A DNA stretch of 64,000 nucleotides from Dehalococcoidia bacterium (GTDB taxonomy: Bacteria; Chloroflexota; Dehalococcoidia; Lucifugimonadales; UBA3495): the NCBI GenBank assembly GCA_963663945.1, contig OY760687.1, positions 468,555 through 532,554 of the forward strand, given 5' to 3'. The first letter of the stretch is position 1. Every line of letters starts with the position of its first letter. A program made the position numbers and the translations under genes. The notes below the pieces were generated by a model that was not told the DNA's origin, did not search any database, and worked only from the letters and a program-made list of their open reading frames with translations. Below are positions 25,143-35,109 of the stretch, one piece after another.

Positions 25143-25570
25143 TAGATCCTCTCGTTCAGTTCAGTCAGAGTTGCGATCAGGGCTGTGACTTCCTGATGCA
25201 ATGCAGAGGCAGCTTCGGCAGTTCTACTGGCTACCGTGTCAAAGTACTCATGGGCTGAGTCGTTCCGGCGCTCTCGAAAATAGAACCACTGCTCTGCGGA
25301 AGAAATTATGCCGTAGTTGGCAGCGGCACGCAGCACGTCTCCAATGGTCATCCTGTCAACGTCGTTCCATGCTTCGGCGTCTTCCAGGCTGCGCCGTATG
25401 AAGCCGTAGGCCAGCTCGTGAGTGAATTCGTAGCCTTTTACAACGGCGGCGCGATATATGCTGTGGTGGGAATGATTTTCGTCCAGGGCAACATAGGCCT
25501 CCAGGAACTGCCCTAACCGCGCGTTGGCCCGCTCAAGCGCGTCAATGTTGATTTGTCGTCGGGAGATCAT
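25142..25570 (-). CDS. HEPN-domain protein (HI0074-type nucleotidyltransferase substrate-binding subunit), putative toxin
   Basis: 142 aa with the R-x4-H motif in RERRNDSAHEY. All-helical. Visibly lower G+C than the neighbouring genes. Confidence 0.8.
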   Translation of the reverse strand: MISRRQINIDALERANARLGQFLEAYVALDENHSHHSIYRAAVVKGYEFTHELAYGFIRRSLEDAEAWNDVDRMTIGDVLRAAANYGIISSAEQWFYFRERRNDSAHEYFDTVASRTAEAASALHQEVTALIATLTELNERI

Positions 25571-25588
25571 CGGGGTGCGCCAATGCGA

Positions 25589-27166
25589 TTACATCGCCAC
25601 CACCCGCGCGTCGTCCACCTGCGGCAGGGCTTTGATTTCGGCCAGCACGTCCTCGCCAATGGGGTCGTCGAGACCCACGACCATCATGGCCTGGCCACGT
25701 GGGGCGATGCGGCCCACTTCCATGAAGCTGATGTTGATATTGTGGCGGCCGGCCGTGGTGCCCACCGCGCCGATGATGCCCGGTTGGTCCTGGTTGTCCA
25801 CGAACAGCATGTAGGGGGCAGACGGCGCAACGTCCATCCAGTACTCGTTGACCCGCACCAGGTGCGGCTCGTCGCGCAGGGAAGCGCCCGCGACGGTGAT
25901 GTCGTCGCCGGTGGTATGCAGGGTGGCAGTGATCAGGCTCGCGTACTCGCGGCTGTCGCCGGAAGTCTGCTCGGTGACCTGCAGGCCGCGTTGCTGCGCC
26001 AGCACCGGGGCGTTGATCATGTTGACCGCCTCTCCGCTCACCTGCCCCAGCAACCCGACCAGCGCGGCCGCCTTGAGGATGGCGGTGTTGTGCTCGGCAA
26101 TCTCGCCCTGGTACCGGATGGTGATCCCGACGAACTGGCCCCGGGCCATGCTGGTGAGCAGGCGACCCACCATGGACGCCACGGGCACATAGGGGGCCAG
26201 GATCGCGTGGACCTCGGGGGATACGAAGGGAGCGTTAACGGTGTTGCGGGCCGGCCTGCCTTCCAGCACGGCCAGCACCTGCTCGGCGGCCTCGATTGCG
26301 ACCTCGCGCTGGGCCTCCTGGGTGGACGCTCCCAGATGCGGGGTGGCGACGAGCCGGGGATGCCTTAGCAGCGGCAGATCGCCGGGCGGTTCGTTGGTGA
26401 ACACGTCCAGGGCCGCGCCGGCCAGGTGTTCGCTTTCCAGGGCATCCAGCAAGGCGTCATCGTCGACCAGTTCGCCGCGGGCGACGTTGATCAGGCGAGC
26501 GCCGGGCTTCATCTTAGCCAGTTGCGGCGTCGAGATGAGATTGGTGGTACCGGCGGTGAGGGGCGTGTGCAGCGTGATGAAATCGGCCTGGGCGAGCACT
26601 TCATCCAGCGACATCACGGTCACGCCCATGCGGGCCGCGAAATCGGGAGCGACGAATGGATCGTAGGCGATCAGGTTCATGCCGAAGCTGGCGGCGCGGC
26701 GGGCGACCTCGGAGCCGACACGGCCGAGGCCGACGATGCCCAGGGTCTTGTTGCGAACCTCGATGCCCATGAAGGCGGACCGCTGCCACTGCCCGTCCTT
26801 CATGGAGGCGTAGGCCTGGGGCACGTTGCGGGCCAGGGCCAGCATCAGGGCGACAGTATGCTCAGCGGCGGCGACCGTGTTGCCGATGGGCGCGTTGACC
26901 ACGGCGACGCCGGCGCGGGTGGCGGCGTCCAGGTCGATGTTGTCCACGCCGATGCCGGCGCGGGCGACCACCTTGAGATCGCTGCCTGCGGAGATCACCG
27001 GCTCGGTGACCCTGGTTTCGCTGCGCACCACCAGGGCGTCGTAGCCGGGGATGGTGGCGATGAGTTCGTCGGGGGAGAGGCCGCGCTTGACGTCCACCGG
27101 GACATGCTTTTTCAGCAGGTCAATGCCCTCGGCGGCAACGTTGTCGGTAATCAGTACTTTGGGCAT
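25589..27166 (-). CDS. serA: D-3-phosphoglycerate dehydrogenase
   Basis: MPKVLITDNVAAEGIDLL..., NAD site GIVGLGRVGSEVARRA, long form with a C-terminal ACT domain (..MMVVGLDDPIGEDVLAEIKALPQVDDARVV). In-frame ATGs at 27177 and 27187 are alternative starts. Confidence 0.9.
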   Translation of the reverse strand: MPKVLITDNVAAEGIDLLKKHVPVDVKRGLSPDELIATIPGYDALVVRSETRVTEPVISAGSDLKVVARAGIGVDNIDLDAATRAGVAVVNAPIGNTVAAAEHTVALMLALARNVPQAYASMKDGQWQRSAFMGIEVRNKTLGIVGLGRVGSEVARRAASFGMNLIAYDPFVAPDFAARMGVTVMSLDEVLAQADFITLHTPLTAGTTNLISTPQLAKMKPGARLINVARGELVDDDALLDALESEHLAGAALDVFTNEPPGDLPLLRHPRLVATPHLGASTQEAQREVAIEAAEQVLAVLEGRPARNTVNAPFVSPEVHAILAPYVPVASMVGRLLTSMARGQFVGITIRYQGEIAEHNTAILKAAALVGLLGQVSGEAVNMINAPVLAQQRGLQVTEQTSGDSREYASLITATLHTTGDDITVAGASLRDEPHLVRVNEYWMDVAPSAPYMLFVDNQDQPGIIGAVGTTAGRHNINISFMEVGRIAPRGQAMMVVGLDDPIGEDVLAEIKALPQVDDARVVAM

Positions 27167-27364
27167 GGGGATGAACATTCTCCGCACCGCCGTTTGCGCT
27201 GAAAGGCGCGGATTTTATGCTCGGCAGGCCGTCAATTTGCGATGCAATGACACCCTCCGGCTGCGGTGGTAGCATAACGATGGTAGCACAAAGGCTCTTT
27301 TACTGTCAGCCGCGCGGCGCGTCCGACGCGCGTGGCAGCCAGATCCGTTCACGGAGGCAATCCA

Positions 27365-28537
27365 ATGATCAAAGATTTTTCCGTGCTCTACGCCGGCCAT
27401 GTGCTGGAAGGCGACGGCATCGGGTTCGACGGTGTTCCGGCCAACGACCGGTGGTACGACAACGACCGGCTTTCCATGGCCATGGACATCGCCCGGCAGG
27501 CCGCCGTGTTCCTCGATGATCTAGGGTTCGACATCCTGTGGATGGCTGAGCACCACTTCCAGCGCGAGGGGTACGAGTGCATCCCAAACCTGCTCATCAT
27601 GAGCCAGTACCTGGCCCAGCACACCAACCGGATCAAGTTCGGCTGCGGCTTCAACATCCTGCCCATGTGGCACCCCATCCGGTTGGCCGAGGACTTTGCC
27701 ATGGTGGACATCCTCACCGGCGGTCGCGTGGTGTTCGGCATCGGGCGCGGCTACCACACCCGCGAGGTGGAGTCCTTCGGCGCGCCCATGATCGACGGCG
27801 ACGCCAACCGCGAGCTGTTTGAAGAGCAGTTCGAGATCATGATGAAGGCCTTCAACAGCGAGTCCTTCTCCCACCAGGGCAAGCACTACACCATCCCGCC
27901 GGACATCCCATACCGCGGCTACGACCTGAAAGAGGTGACCCTGGTCCCTCGTCCCAAGACCCGTCCGGTGGACGTGTGGCAGCCCATCGTCAGCGCCTCG
28001 GACCGGGCGCTGGACTTCATGGCGAAGTGGGGGATCAAGGGCGTGATACTGGGCACGGGCGAGCAGTACGTCGAGGAGTGGGTGCAGCGCTACCAGGCCG
28101 CCAACCAGCGGGCCGGCCGAGACCTGGCCCTGGGCGAGGGCCTGTGCGTCGGGCTGTGGGCCATGGTGGACGACACCACCGCCGGCGCTCGCCGTCAGCT
28201 GCAGCCGCTCTTCGAGGAGCACGTCAAGTTCGCCGCGCCTCTGGGGATGCTGCGCTACAGCGATCAGCAGATCTCGGCCACCGGACCGGGCGGCGTGGCT
28301 CGCCACATCGCGGCCGGCACCGACTTCCAGGACGTCATCGACAACCGCGCGTGGTTCGCCGGCAGCCCGGAGGACACCATCGCCTACCTGGAGGAGCTGC
28401 AGGACAAGTACCCCGGCCTCGAGCAGATCATGATCGCCTTCCCCATGGGCGCAACCACCAACCAGTTCAAGGAGCAGATGGGGCGGTTTGCGGCGGAAGT
28501 GATACCGCATTTCAAGAAGGCTCCTGCAAACAGCTGA
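27365..28537 (+). CDS. LLM-class (luciferase-like) flavin-dependent oxidoreductase, paralog 1
   Basis: MIKDFSVLYAG..., ..FDILWMAEHHFQREGYE.., ..GGRVVFGIGRGY.. Start chosen at ATG 27365 within the track ORF 27332..28537. Confidence 0.85.
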   Translation: MIKDFSVLYAGHVLEGDGIGFDGVPANDRWYDNDRLSMAMDIARQAAVFLDDLGFDILWMAEHHFQREGYECIPNLLIMSQYLAQHTNRIKFGCGFNILPMWHPIRLAEDFAMVDILTGGRVVFGIGRGYHTREVESFGAPMIDGDANRELFEEQFEIMMKAFNSESFSHQGKHYTIPPDIPYRGYDLKEVTLVPRPKTRPVDVWQPIVSASDRALDFMAKWGIKGVILGTGEQYVEEWVQRYQAANQRAGRDLALGEGLCVGLWAMVDDTTAGARRQLQPLFEEHVKFAAPLGMLRYSDQQISATGPGGVARHIAAGTDFQDVIDNRAWFAGSPEDTIAYLEELQDKYPGLEQIMIAFPMGATTNQFKEQMGRFAAEVIPHFKKAPANS

Positions 28538-28564
28538 ACGGCTCATCTCGAAGGATCCGTAACG

Positions 28565-29476
28565 ATGACTGTGCCCACCAAAAACCAACTGCATAGGGTC
28601 GTTTTGGAGATAGCTGCGGAGACTACAGTGCCGCTTTCTCGCAAGGACGTAGTCGGTTCCCTGTCCGTCCGCCTGTCTTTGACTGAGGCGGATATGACCG
28701 AGCAGTCGTCATCCGGCGTATTTCGCGCCGCAGATCGAACGGACTGGGCCATGTTTGATTTGCGCCGCGCAGGATACTTGTATCGGCCTGCCAGAGGTCG
28801 TTTTCTGATCACCGCAGAGGGCAGAGCCATCCTTGGCGCTCACCAGGGTGAGATAACGGACGCGGACTTGCGACCCGTCATCGAAGCCAGCCATCAAGAA
28901 AGCGGTACTCCAGAAACCGAACTGGTGCTCTCGGCCGGCACCGATGGTTCATGCGATGACACTCCCAGCGCAAAGTTGAGGAGCAGTTTCCACAGGTTGC
29001 AAGAAGACTTGGTTCAAGAGTTGCTGGATAGCGTCGGGGGAATATCCCCAGAACAATTCGAGCGGCTAGTGGTAGATCTGCTTGAGAAAATGGGCTATGG
29101 CGAAGGTCGAACTGTGGGTCGTAGCGGGGACGGTGGTATTGACGGCATCATCAATCAAGATGCTCTTGGCTTGGAAAAAATCTACATACAAGCCAAGCGA
29201 TACACCTCCGGTTCAGTGGGTGAGCCTGAGATACGGAATTTTGCTGGAAGCATGATTGCGCGAGGTGCGACTAAAGGCGTGTTCATAACCACCAGCGGCT
29301 TCAGCAATACCGCTAGGCAGACCGCTGCGAATGTTTCTCAACGTAATGAGACGATCCGGTTGGTGGATGGCAACGAGCTGGCTCAATTGATGATCAGGCA
29401 CGGGGTCGGTGTCGTCACTGAATACACCTACGAAATCAAGAAGCTAGACGAAAACTATTTCACAGATGAGGATTAG
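28565..29476 (+). CDS. mrr: Mrr-family type IV restriction endonuclease (Mrr_N winged helix + Mrr catalytic domain)
   Basis: 303 aa with ..FERLVVDLLEKMGYGEG..GRSGDGGIDGIINQD..IYIQAKRY..GVFITTSGFS.., i.e. D...(Q)xK PD-(D/E)XK motifs. Lower G+C than its flanks. Confidence 0.85.
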   Translation: MTVPTKNQLHRVVLEIAAETTVPLSRKDVVGSLSVRLSLTEADMTEQSSSGVFRAADRTDWAMFDLRRAGYLYRPARGRFLITAEGRAILGAHQGEITDADLRPVIEASHQESGTPETELVLSAGTDGSCDDTPSAKLRSSFHRLQEDLVQELLDSVGGISPEQFERLVVDLLEKMGYGEGRTVGRSGDGGIDGIINQDALGLEKIYIQAKRYTSGSVGEPEIRNFAGSMIARGATKGVFITTSGFSNTARQTAANVSQRNETIRLVDGNELAQLMIRHGVGVVTEYTYEIKKLDENYFTDED

Positions 29477-29514
29477 CACGCCCGCAATTGTGCACGAAAC
29501 CTGTTCTTGGAGCG

Positions 29515-29733
29515 ATGATCTGGATGGAATCGTACAGTTGGAATAGGTTCGTGCCGCCTGATTCGCAGATGATTGATGGCGTTTGGTTCCCTGGCACCGA
29601 AATTGGACACAATTGGATCCTCGTTCAGGACATCCGATCGTTGGTACGCCGGACCTTGGAACCGGAACAGGCGGAACAATTGATTGCAGAGCTTGACCAA
29701 CTTTACGAACGCAATCAGTTTCCATTGCCGTAG
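29515..29733 (+). CDS. small hypothetical protein (72 aa) downstream of mrr
   Basis: ATG 29515 is preceded by GGAG (29509..29512). MIWMESYSWNRFVPPDSQMIDGVWFPGTEIGHNWILVQDIRSLVRRTLEPEQAEQLIAELDQLYERNQFPLP. Its composition matches the mrr islet. No family recognised. Confidence 0.35.
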   Translation: MIWMESYSWNRFVPPDSQMIDGVWFPGTEIGHNWILVQDIRSLVRRTLEPEQAEQLIAELDQLYERNQFPLP

Positions 29734-29847
29734 CGTCGCGCGAAAAATTTCTCGGCCCAGGAGGAAATGATGACACGGTGGTGTATCATGGCCCCCATCA
29801 AACCCATCGACCCCCGCTCAGGCTGACCTACCGCAGGAGGCCATTCC

Positions 29848-31083
29848 ATGTTCCTGATGCGTTTTACCGAACGGGCCTACGTGAACTACACGGAGGAGGA
29901 TGTGCGCAACTCGCCCAATGAGGCGGTGCGGCTGACGTTCTCGAACTCCAACTTCAACCCGCAGGAAGGCCACTACCTCTACAACATGTACCTGGATGAG
30001 TACGAGTACTCGGAGGAAGTGGGCTTCGACGGGCTGATGCTCAACGAGCACCACAACACGCCCACCTGCCTGGGCGCGACCATGAACCTGGAAGCGGCCA
30101 TCCTGGCTCGCAACACCAAGAACAGCAAGATCGTGCTGCTGGGCAACCCCCTTCCCATCTTCGACAACCCCATCCGGCTGGCCGAGGAACTGGCCGAGAT
30201 CGACATGATCTCCGGCGGCCGCCTGGTGTCGGGGTTCGTGCGCGGCACCGGCGTGGAGAGCCTGGCCACCAACACCAACCCGTTGCACAACCGCGCGCGT
30301 TTCGAGGAAGCCCACGACCTCGTGATCAAGACCTGGACCACGCCGGGACCCTTCCGCTGGGAAGGCGATCACTACCACTTCCGCGTGGTCAATCCCTTCC
30401 AGACGCCGATCCAGAAGCCGCACCCGCCCGTCTGGATCCCCGGCACGGGCAGCCCCGAGACCCTGGTGTGGTGCGCCGAGCGGAACTACCCCTACATCTT
30501 CCTGGAAACCGACCCGCAGGGCACGCAGGACATGAAGTCCATCTATGCCGAAACCGCCCGCGAGCACGGGTACGAGCCGGGACCGGAAAACTTCGGGTAC
30601 CTGGTGCGCATCCACGTGCAGGACACTGACGAGAAGGCCTACGACGTGGGCAAGGGCTACATGGTGGGCAACATCGGCGTCGGCCGTATCCCGCTGCCCC
30701 GCGACTACGCCTCGCCCGTGGGCTACGGCAGCCGCAGCGACGACCCCCGCTTCCTGCGCCTGCGCGAGCAGATCCGTAGCGACCCCTTCCGCGTGGGCGG
30801 GCTGGACGGCGCGCAGTACGACTCCATCCTCGACTCCAAGCGGTGGATCATCGGCAGCCCCGACACCGTCATCAGCCAGCTCCGCGAGGTGCTGAGCTTC
30901 ATGCGCCCCGGCATCCTGGCCGTGTGGACCAACGACGGCTCCATCAGCCACGAGGACACCATGCGGTGCCTCGAGCTGATGGGCCAGGAAGTGCTGCCGG
31001 CCCTGCGCGAGATCGGCGAGGAACTCGAGTTGACCGATCCGTTCCAGAAGGAAGGCGTACAGCCCGGGCTTACCAGGATGTAG
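29848..31083 (+). CDS. LLM-class flavin-dependent oxidoreductase, paralog 2
   Basis: 411 aa with ..GFDGLMLNEHHNTPTC.., ..ISGGRLVSGFVRGTG.. Confidence 0.85.
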   Translation: MFLMRFTERAYVNYTEEDVRNSPNEAVRLTFSNSNFNPQEGHYLYNMYLDEYEYSEEVGFDGLMLNEHHNTPTCLGATMNLEAAILARNTKNSKIVLLGNPLPIFDNPIRLAEELAEIDMISGGRLVSGFVRGTGVESLATNTNPLHNRARFEEAHDLVIKTWTTPGPFRWEGDHYHFRVVNPFQTPIQKPHPPVWIPGTGSPETLVWCAERNYPYIFLETDPQGTQDMKSIYAETAREHGYEPGPENFGYLVRIHVQDTDEKAYDVGKGYMVGNIGVGRIPLPRDYASPVGYGSRSDDPRFLRLREQIRSDPFRVGGLDGAQYDSILDSKRWIIGSPDTVISQLREVLSFMRPGILAVWTNDGSISHEDTMRCLELMGQEVLPALREIGEELELTDPFQKEGVQPGLTRM

Positions 31084-31127
31084 GCGCCGCTCAACCGACC
31101 GTTAATGAAGCAAGGAGCTTAATCCCA

Positions 31128-31907
31128 ATGGCAAACTTCACCGAGGAAACCATCTCCGTCGCCGGCGGCAACCTTCAGGTGTACAAGGGCGGCAGCGGCG
31201 ACCCGCTGCTGGTGCTGCACGGCGCCGGCGGCAACGCTGGCCCCCGCCGTTACGCCCAGGCCCTGGCTGAGAAGTTCACCGTCTACCTGCCCTCTCACCC
31301 CGGCTACGGCAAGAGCGACCGGCCCGGCTGGGTCGAGACCATGCAGGACCTGGCCTGCTTCTACACCTGGTACCAGGAACAGGAGGGGCTGGAAAACGTC
31401 CGGGCCATCGGGTTCTCCATGGGCGGCTGGCTGGCGGCGGAAATGCTGTCGATGACTGGCCATGCCTTCAGCAAGGTGATGCTGGTGGGCGCGGCCGGCA
31501 TCAAGCCGGTGGATGGTGAGATCACCGACATCTTCATCATCAACCCCGGGCAGATCCGCGATTTGGCATACCACGATCCCAGCCAGGTCCCGGAGTGGGA
31601 CGAGATGTTCGGCTCCGATCCGACGCCCGAGCAGACCGATCAGGCCGAGTCCGACCGGGAGATGGCCATCCGGTTGACCTGGAAACCGTACATGTACAAC
31701 CCGCGGCTGCCGGCCAAGCTGGCCCGCGTCAGCGTCCCAACGCACATCGTGTGGGGCGAGAACGACAACCTCGTCCCGGTCGAGTGCGCCGACCTGTACC
31801 AGCAGACGCTTTCAGGATCCCAGGTCACGGTGATCTCCAACTGCGGTCACTCACCCCAGATCGAAAAGCCCGACGACTTCGTGCAGACGGCGCTGGCCTT
31901 TCTTTAG
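31128..31907 (+). CDS. alpha/beta hydrolase
   Basis: Start at ATG 31128 (MANFTEETISVAGG..). Has LVLHGAGGNAG and the nucleophile elbow GFSMGGW. The C-terminal catalytic His lies in ..ISNCGHSPQIE.. Confidence 0.8.
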   Translation: MANFTEETISVAGGNLQVYKGGSGDPLLVLHGAGGNAGPRRYAQALAEKFTVYLPSHPGYGKSDRPGWVETMQDLACFYTWYQEQEGLENVRAIGFSMGGWLAAEMLSMTGHAFSKVMLVGAAGIKPVDGEITDIFIINPGQIRDLAYHDPSQVPEWDEMFGSDPTPEQTDQAESDREMAIRLTWKPYMYNPRLPAKLARVSVPTHIVWGENDNLVPVECADLYQQTLSGSQVTVISNCGHSPQIEKPDDFVQTALAFL

Positions 31908-31943
31908 GCCGGCGCTCGTCGCTCCAAGGCACGGGAGGCAACC

Positions 31944-32510
31944 ATGGCAACCACGCCCATCGGCGAAAAGCTACTCACCGCCGACGAATTTCTCCAATTG
32001 TGCCAGCGGCGCCTGATTAAGGGCGAATTGGTCAAGGGGGTAATTCACGAAACCATGCCAGCAGGTGGAGAACATGGCGAGGTGGCGATGGCGTTTGGGA
32101 CGGCAATGACGTCCTACGTGCGTCCAAATCGGCTGGGACGCATAGCAGGCTCGGACGCAGGCGTGATCTTGGGGCGTGACCCGGACACGGTCAGGGAGCC
32201 AGACATCGCGTACTTTTCTGCCGAGACCCTCCCACTGGACGTCAAAGTTAGAGGCTACTATGAAGTTGTTCCGGATCTGGTCGTCGAGATAGTCTCGCCC
32301 AACGACAGCCCGCAATACGTAGCCGAGCGGGTGGCAATGTGGCTCAGCCACGGCGTTCGCCTGGTGTGGGCCGTGTACCCGGTGGCCCGCACCGTGGCCG
32401 CTCATCCCTCAGAAGGGCCGACGCTCATTTACACCGAGGACGATGAATTGGATGGCGGAGAGGTGCTACCGGACTTCCGTTGCGCTGTCCGGGACATACT
32501 CGACTGGTAG
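31944..32510 (+). CDS. Uma2-family (DUF820) putative endonuclease
   Basis: 188 aa with ..EPDIAYF.. and ..VPDLVVEIVSPND.. motifs. Confidence 0.8.
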   Translation: MATTPIGEKLLTADEFLQLCQRRLIKGELVKGVIHETMPAGGEHGEVAMAFGTAMTSYVRPNRLGRIAGSDAGVILGRDPDTVREPDIAYFSAETLPLDVKVRGYYEVVPDLVVEIVSPNDSPQYVAERVAMWLSHGVRLVWAVYPVARTVAAHPSEGPTLIYTEDDELDGGEVLPDFRCAVRDILDW

Positions 32511-32522
32511 TTGCTGGGAAAT

Positions 32523-33869
32523 TCACTCCACCGCGTGCAGCCGGCCGTCGGTGGTGCGCACGTACAACCTGCCGCCGGCGTAAGCCGGCGGCAATTCTAT
32601 GGGCCCGCCCAGGTCCACCTTCCACAACATCGAGCCGTCCGTCCGGCTCAGGCAGTACACCAGGCCGTCCCGTGCGCCAAAGTAGATGCGGTCTCCCAGG
32701 ATGATCGGGGAGCTGACAACCCCGCCATCGGCCTGGTATCTCCACAACTCGTGGTCGGTCAACCCCTCTCTGGCGTAAAACACTCCGTCACTGTCGCCGA
32801 CGTAATACACGCCATCGGCAATCGCGGGCGATGACACGATCCCCTGGGAATGCCGCTCCTCCGGGGCAAACCGCCATCGTTCCCCGCGCTGGGCGGGGGG
32901 CGGGGGTACGCCCGGGACCTGCCAGATCCACAGCTGGAACCAGGCGCGCTTGATCCAGTAGAGCCCGGGCATCCCCTTCACTCCGGTGTCGATGGCGTAC
33001 AGCGTGCCACCCGACGGGAAATATACCGTGTCCCCGGTCACCACCGGTGGACCCTCAGCCGAGCCGGCGGTAAGGAAACGGAACCGCCGCCTCCCATCAT
33101 CCGCGTCGATGAAGTACAGGTTGCCCTCGTCGTCCGTCACGTAGAGCCGATCGCCGCGCAGGGTGGGAGTGGTCTTCACGTTGCCCTTGAGCTTGTGCTT
33201 CCACAGCTGCTCGCCGGTCTGCGCGTCGAGGCCGTAGATGATGTTGCCGGCGGAAGTCACGTAGGCCACTCCACCGTGCACCAGCGCTGATGCCGAAATC
33301 GGCAGGTGCGCCTTGAAGTCCCACGCCTGCTCGCCTGTGTCCTGGTTCAGCGCCAGCATCCGGTGGTTTGTAAGGCCCACGAACACCAGGTTGTTGTTGG
33401 CGATGGTGGTGGCATGGTCCATCGGGCCGGGCGTTTCCACGGACCACAGCTGGTCTCCCGAGTCGGCGTCGAAGGCCGACACCCGGAAGTGTCCCCCGAC
33501 GAACACCTTGCCGTCGGCAACCAGGGGCGCGGAGCGGGTGTACGGCCCCAGATCCTGCGACCAGGCGATGCGGCCGGCGGGTTGCTGCTGCACCTCGGGG
33601 ACGAAGCCGTTGAGATTGGTCCCATAACCCAGCATGGACCAGCGTCCGGCGTTTGATGTGGATGATGCGGCAGCCGACGGGCTTCCCGCAAACCAGCGCG
33701 CCGGATTGGGCAGGCTGAACCAGAATATCCATCCCAGTATGGCAACCAGCAACAGTACCCCTGCCGTGATGGCCGGCTTCAATAGCCGCATCCGGTAGCG
33801 ACGTCGGGCGGTACGCTGGCTGCGTTCGACCCAGTCGGGAAACTCCGCCTGGTGATCCTGTTCTTGCAT
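32523..33869 (-). CDS. membrane-anchored PQQ-like beta-propeller repeat protein
   Basis: 448 aa. N-terminal TM helix (AITAGVLLLVAILGWIFWF) followed by repeated ..G.VYV.......Y(A/G)LDA.TG...W.. blades. Confidence 0.8.
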   Translation of the reverse strand: MQEQDHQAEFPDWVERSQRTARRRYRMRLLKPAITAGVLLLVAILGWIFWFSLPNPARWFAGSPSAAASSTSNAGRWSMLGYGTNLNGFVPEVQQQPAGRIAWSQDLGPYTRSAPLVADGKVFVGGHFRVSAFDADSGDQLWSVETPGPMDHATTIANNNLVFVGLTNHRMLALNQDTGEQAWDFKAHLPISASALVHGGVAYVTSAGNIIYGLDAQTGEQLWKHKLKGNVKTTPTLRGDRLYVTDDEGNLYFIDADDGRRRFRFLTAGSAEGPPVVTGDTVYFPSGGTLYAIDTGVKGMPGLYWIKRAWFQLWIWQVPGVPPPPAQRGERWRFAPEERHSQGIVSSPAIADGVYYVGDSDGVFYAREGLTDHELWRYQADGGVVSSPIILGDRIYFGARDGLVYCLSRTDGSMLWKVDLGGPIELPPAYAGGRLYVRTTDGRLHAVE

Positions 33870-33885
33870 GTCCGTTAAAACACTG

Positions 33886-33913
33886 GTAGGGGCGAATAAT
33901 CATTCGCCCCTAC
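33886..33913 (-). terminator. intrinsic-terminator-like hairpin after the ABC permease operon
   Basis: Perfect 12-bp stem gtaggggcgaat / attcgcccctac with a 4-nt loop, 29 nt after the stop at 33942. On the minus strand it is followed by CAGTGTTTTAAC. Confidence 0.5.
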
Positions 33914-33941
33914 ATTCTAGCCGCAAAATTGGTTTGCGTCG

Positions 33942-35042
33942 TTACACATTGCGTTGCTTGGGATCCAGACGGTCGCGCAGCCAGTCGCCGAGCAGGTTCA
34001 CCGACAGCACGGTGAAGAGAATGCCCAGGCCGGGGAAGAAGGATACCCACCACGAGTCGATGATGAGTTCGCGCCCGTCGGCCACCATGACGCCCCACGC
34101 CGGATTGGGCCGCGGGATGCCCGCGCCCAGGAAGCTGAGACCGGCCTCCAGCAGGATCACGAAACCCAACTGGAGGGTCGCCAGCACAATGATCGTATTG
34201 ACCAGGTTGGGGAAGATGTGGCGCAGCATGATACGGATCTCTGACGAGCCGGCCACCTTCGACCTGGCGACGAAGTCCTGCGTCTTCAGCGCCAGCGTCT
34301 CGCCGCGTATCAGCCGGGCGTAGCGGGACCACAGGAACAGACACACCACTATGAGCACGTTTTCGATGCGTGGACCCAGTGTCGCCGCCAGCACCAATGC
34401 CACCAGGATCAATGAGATCGACAGCGACATGTCCACCAGGCGCATCACCAGCGTATCCACCCATCCGCCGAAATAGCCGGCCAGGATGCCCAGCACCGTG
34501 CCGATCAAACCCGACACGAAGATCGCCATCATCGACACGACCAGAGCCAGCCGCGCCCCGTGCACAATCCGGCTGAATATGTCCATCCCGTTCTTGTCGG
34601 TACCAAGCAGATATTTGGCCTGGCCTCCCGGTTTGACGACAATCTGGATCTGGTCGCCCAACACCGGAGCGTCGTCTGCGGTTTTGCCCACAACGGTCGC
34701 GTCGCCGATGCGGACCGTCCTCTCGGCGTCGCTGAGTTTGATCTCGTTCTGCCGGTTGTCCCGGTTTACCCGCTCCACAACTGTGCGAACGGACAACACG
34801 TCACTGGACCAGGCCGGTGGGACAAGGCGGTCGTCCAGGTCGCCGCGCCGTGGGTTATGGGGAGCGATCAGCTCAGCGAAGACTGCCGGTATGAGCAGGA
34901 ACACCAGCAGCATCGTAACCGGGAACAGGGGCAGCCGGCGAATTTCCCCGATCCAATGACGGATCCTGGAGAGAGCGCCGGTACGTGCTGCCGCTTCTTC
35001 CGTGGTGGGGCTGGCGGGGGCTGGCGCCGCAGTGATAGCCAT
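33942..35042 (-). CDS. ABC transporter permease (peptide/nickel family, DppC/OppC-like)
   Basis: 366 aa, multi-TM, with ..[20 protein letters not shown].. typical of OppC-type permeases. Confidence 0.85.
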   Translation of the reverse strand: MAITAAPAPASPTTEEAAARTGALSRIRHWIGEIRRLPLFPVTMLLVFLLIPAVFAELIAPHNPRRGDLDDRLVPPAWSSDVLSVRTVVERVNRDNRQNEIKLSDAERTVRIGDATVVGKTADDAPVLGDQIQIVVKPGGQAKYLLGTDKNGMDIFSRIVHGARLALVVSMMAIFVSGLIGTVLGILAGYFGGWVDTLVMRLVDMSLSISLILVALVLAATLGPRIENVLIVVCLFLWSRYARLIRGETLALKTQDFVARSKVAGSSEIRIMLRHIFPNLVNTIIVLATLQLGFVILLEAGLSFLGAGIPRPNPAWGVMVADGRELIIDSWWVSFFPGLGILFTVLSVNLLGDWLRDRLDPKQRNV

Positions 35043-35109
35043 GTGTCATTCTCCACCGTTGGACATTGTTTTATCGATACTATTGCGGTTTGCTTCCGGA
35101 TGCGTTCGC

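Noticed and set aside
27317-27331. 15-bp palindrome gcgcgtc-c-gacgcgc upstream of LLM paralog 1
   Set aside because: A short GC-only palindrome is expected by chance in G+C-rich DNA, and there is no second copy or flanking half-sites. Not reported as a feature.
27521-30951. 357-aa (27521..28594) and 377-aa (29818..30951) minus-strand ORFs
   Set aside because: Antisense to LLM paralogs 1 and 2. Their composition is artefactual (H/G/V/A/L-rich runs).
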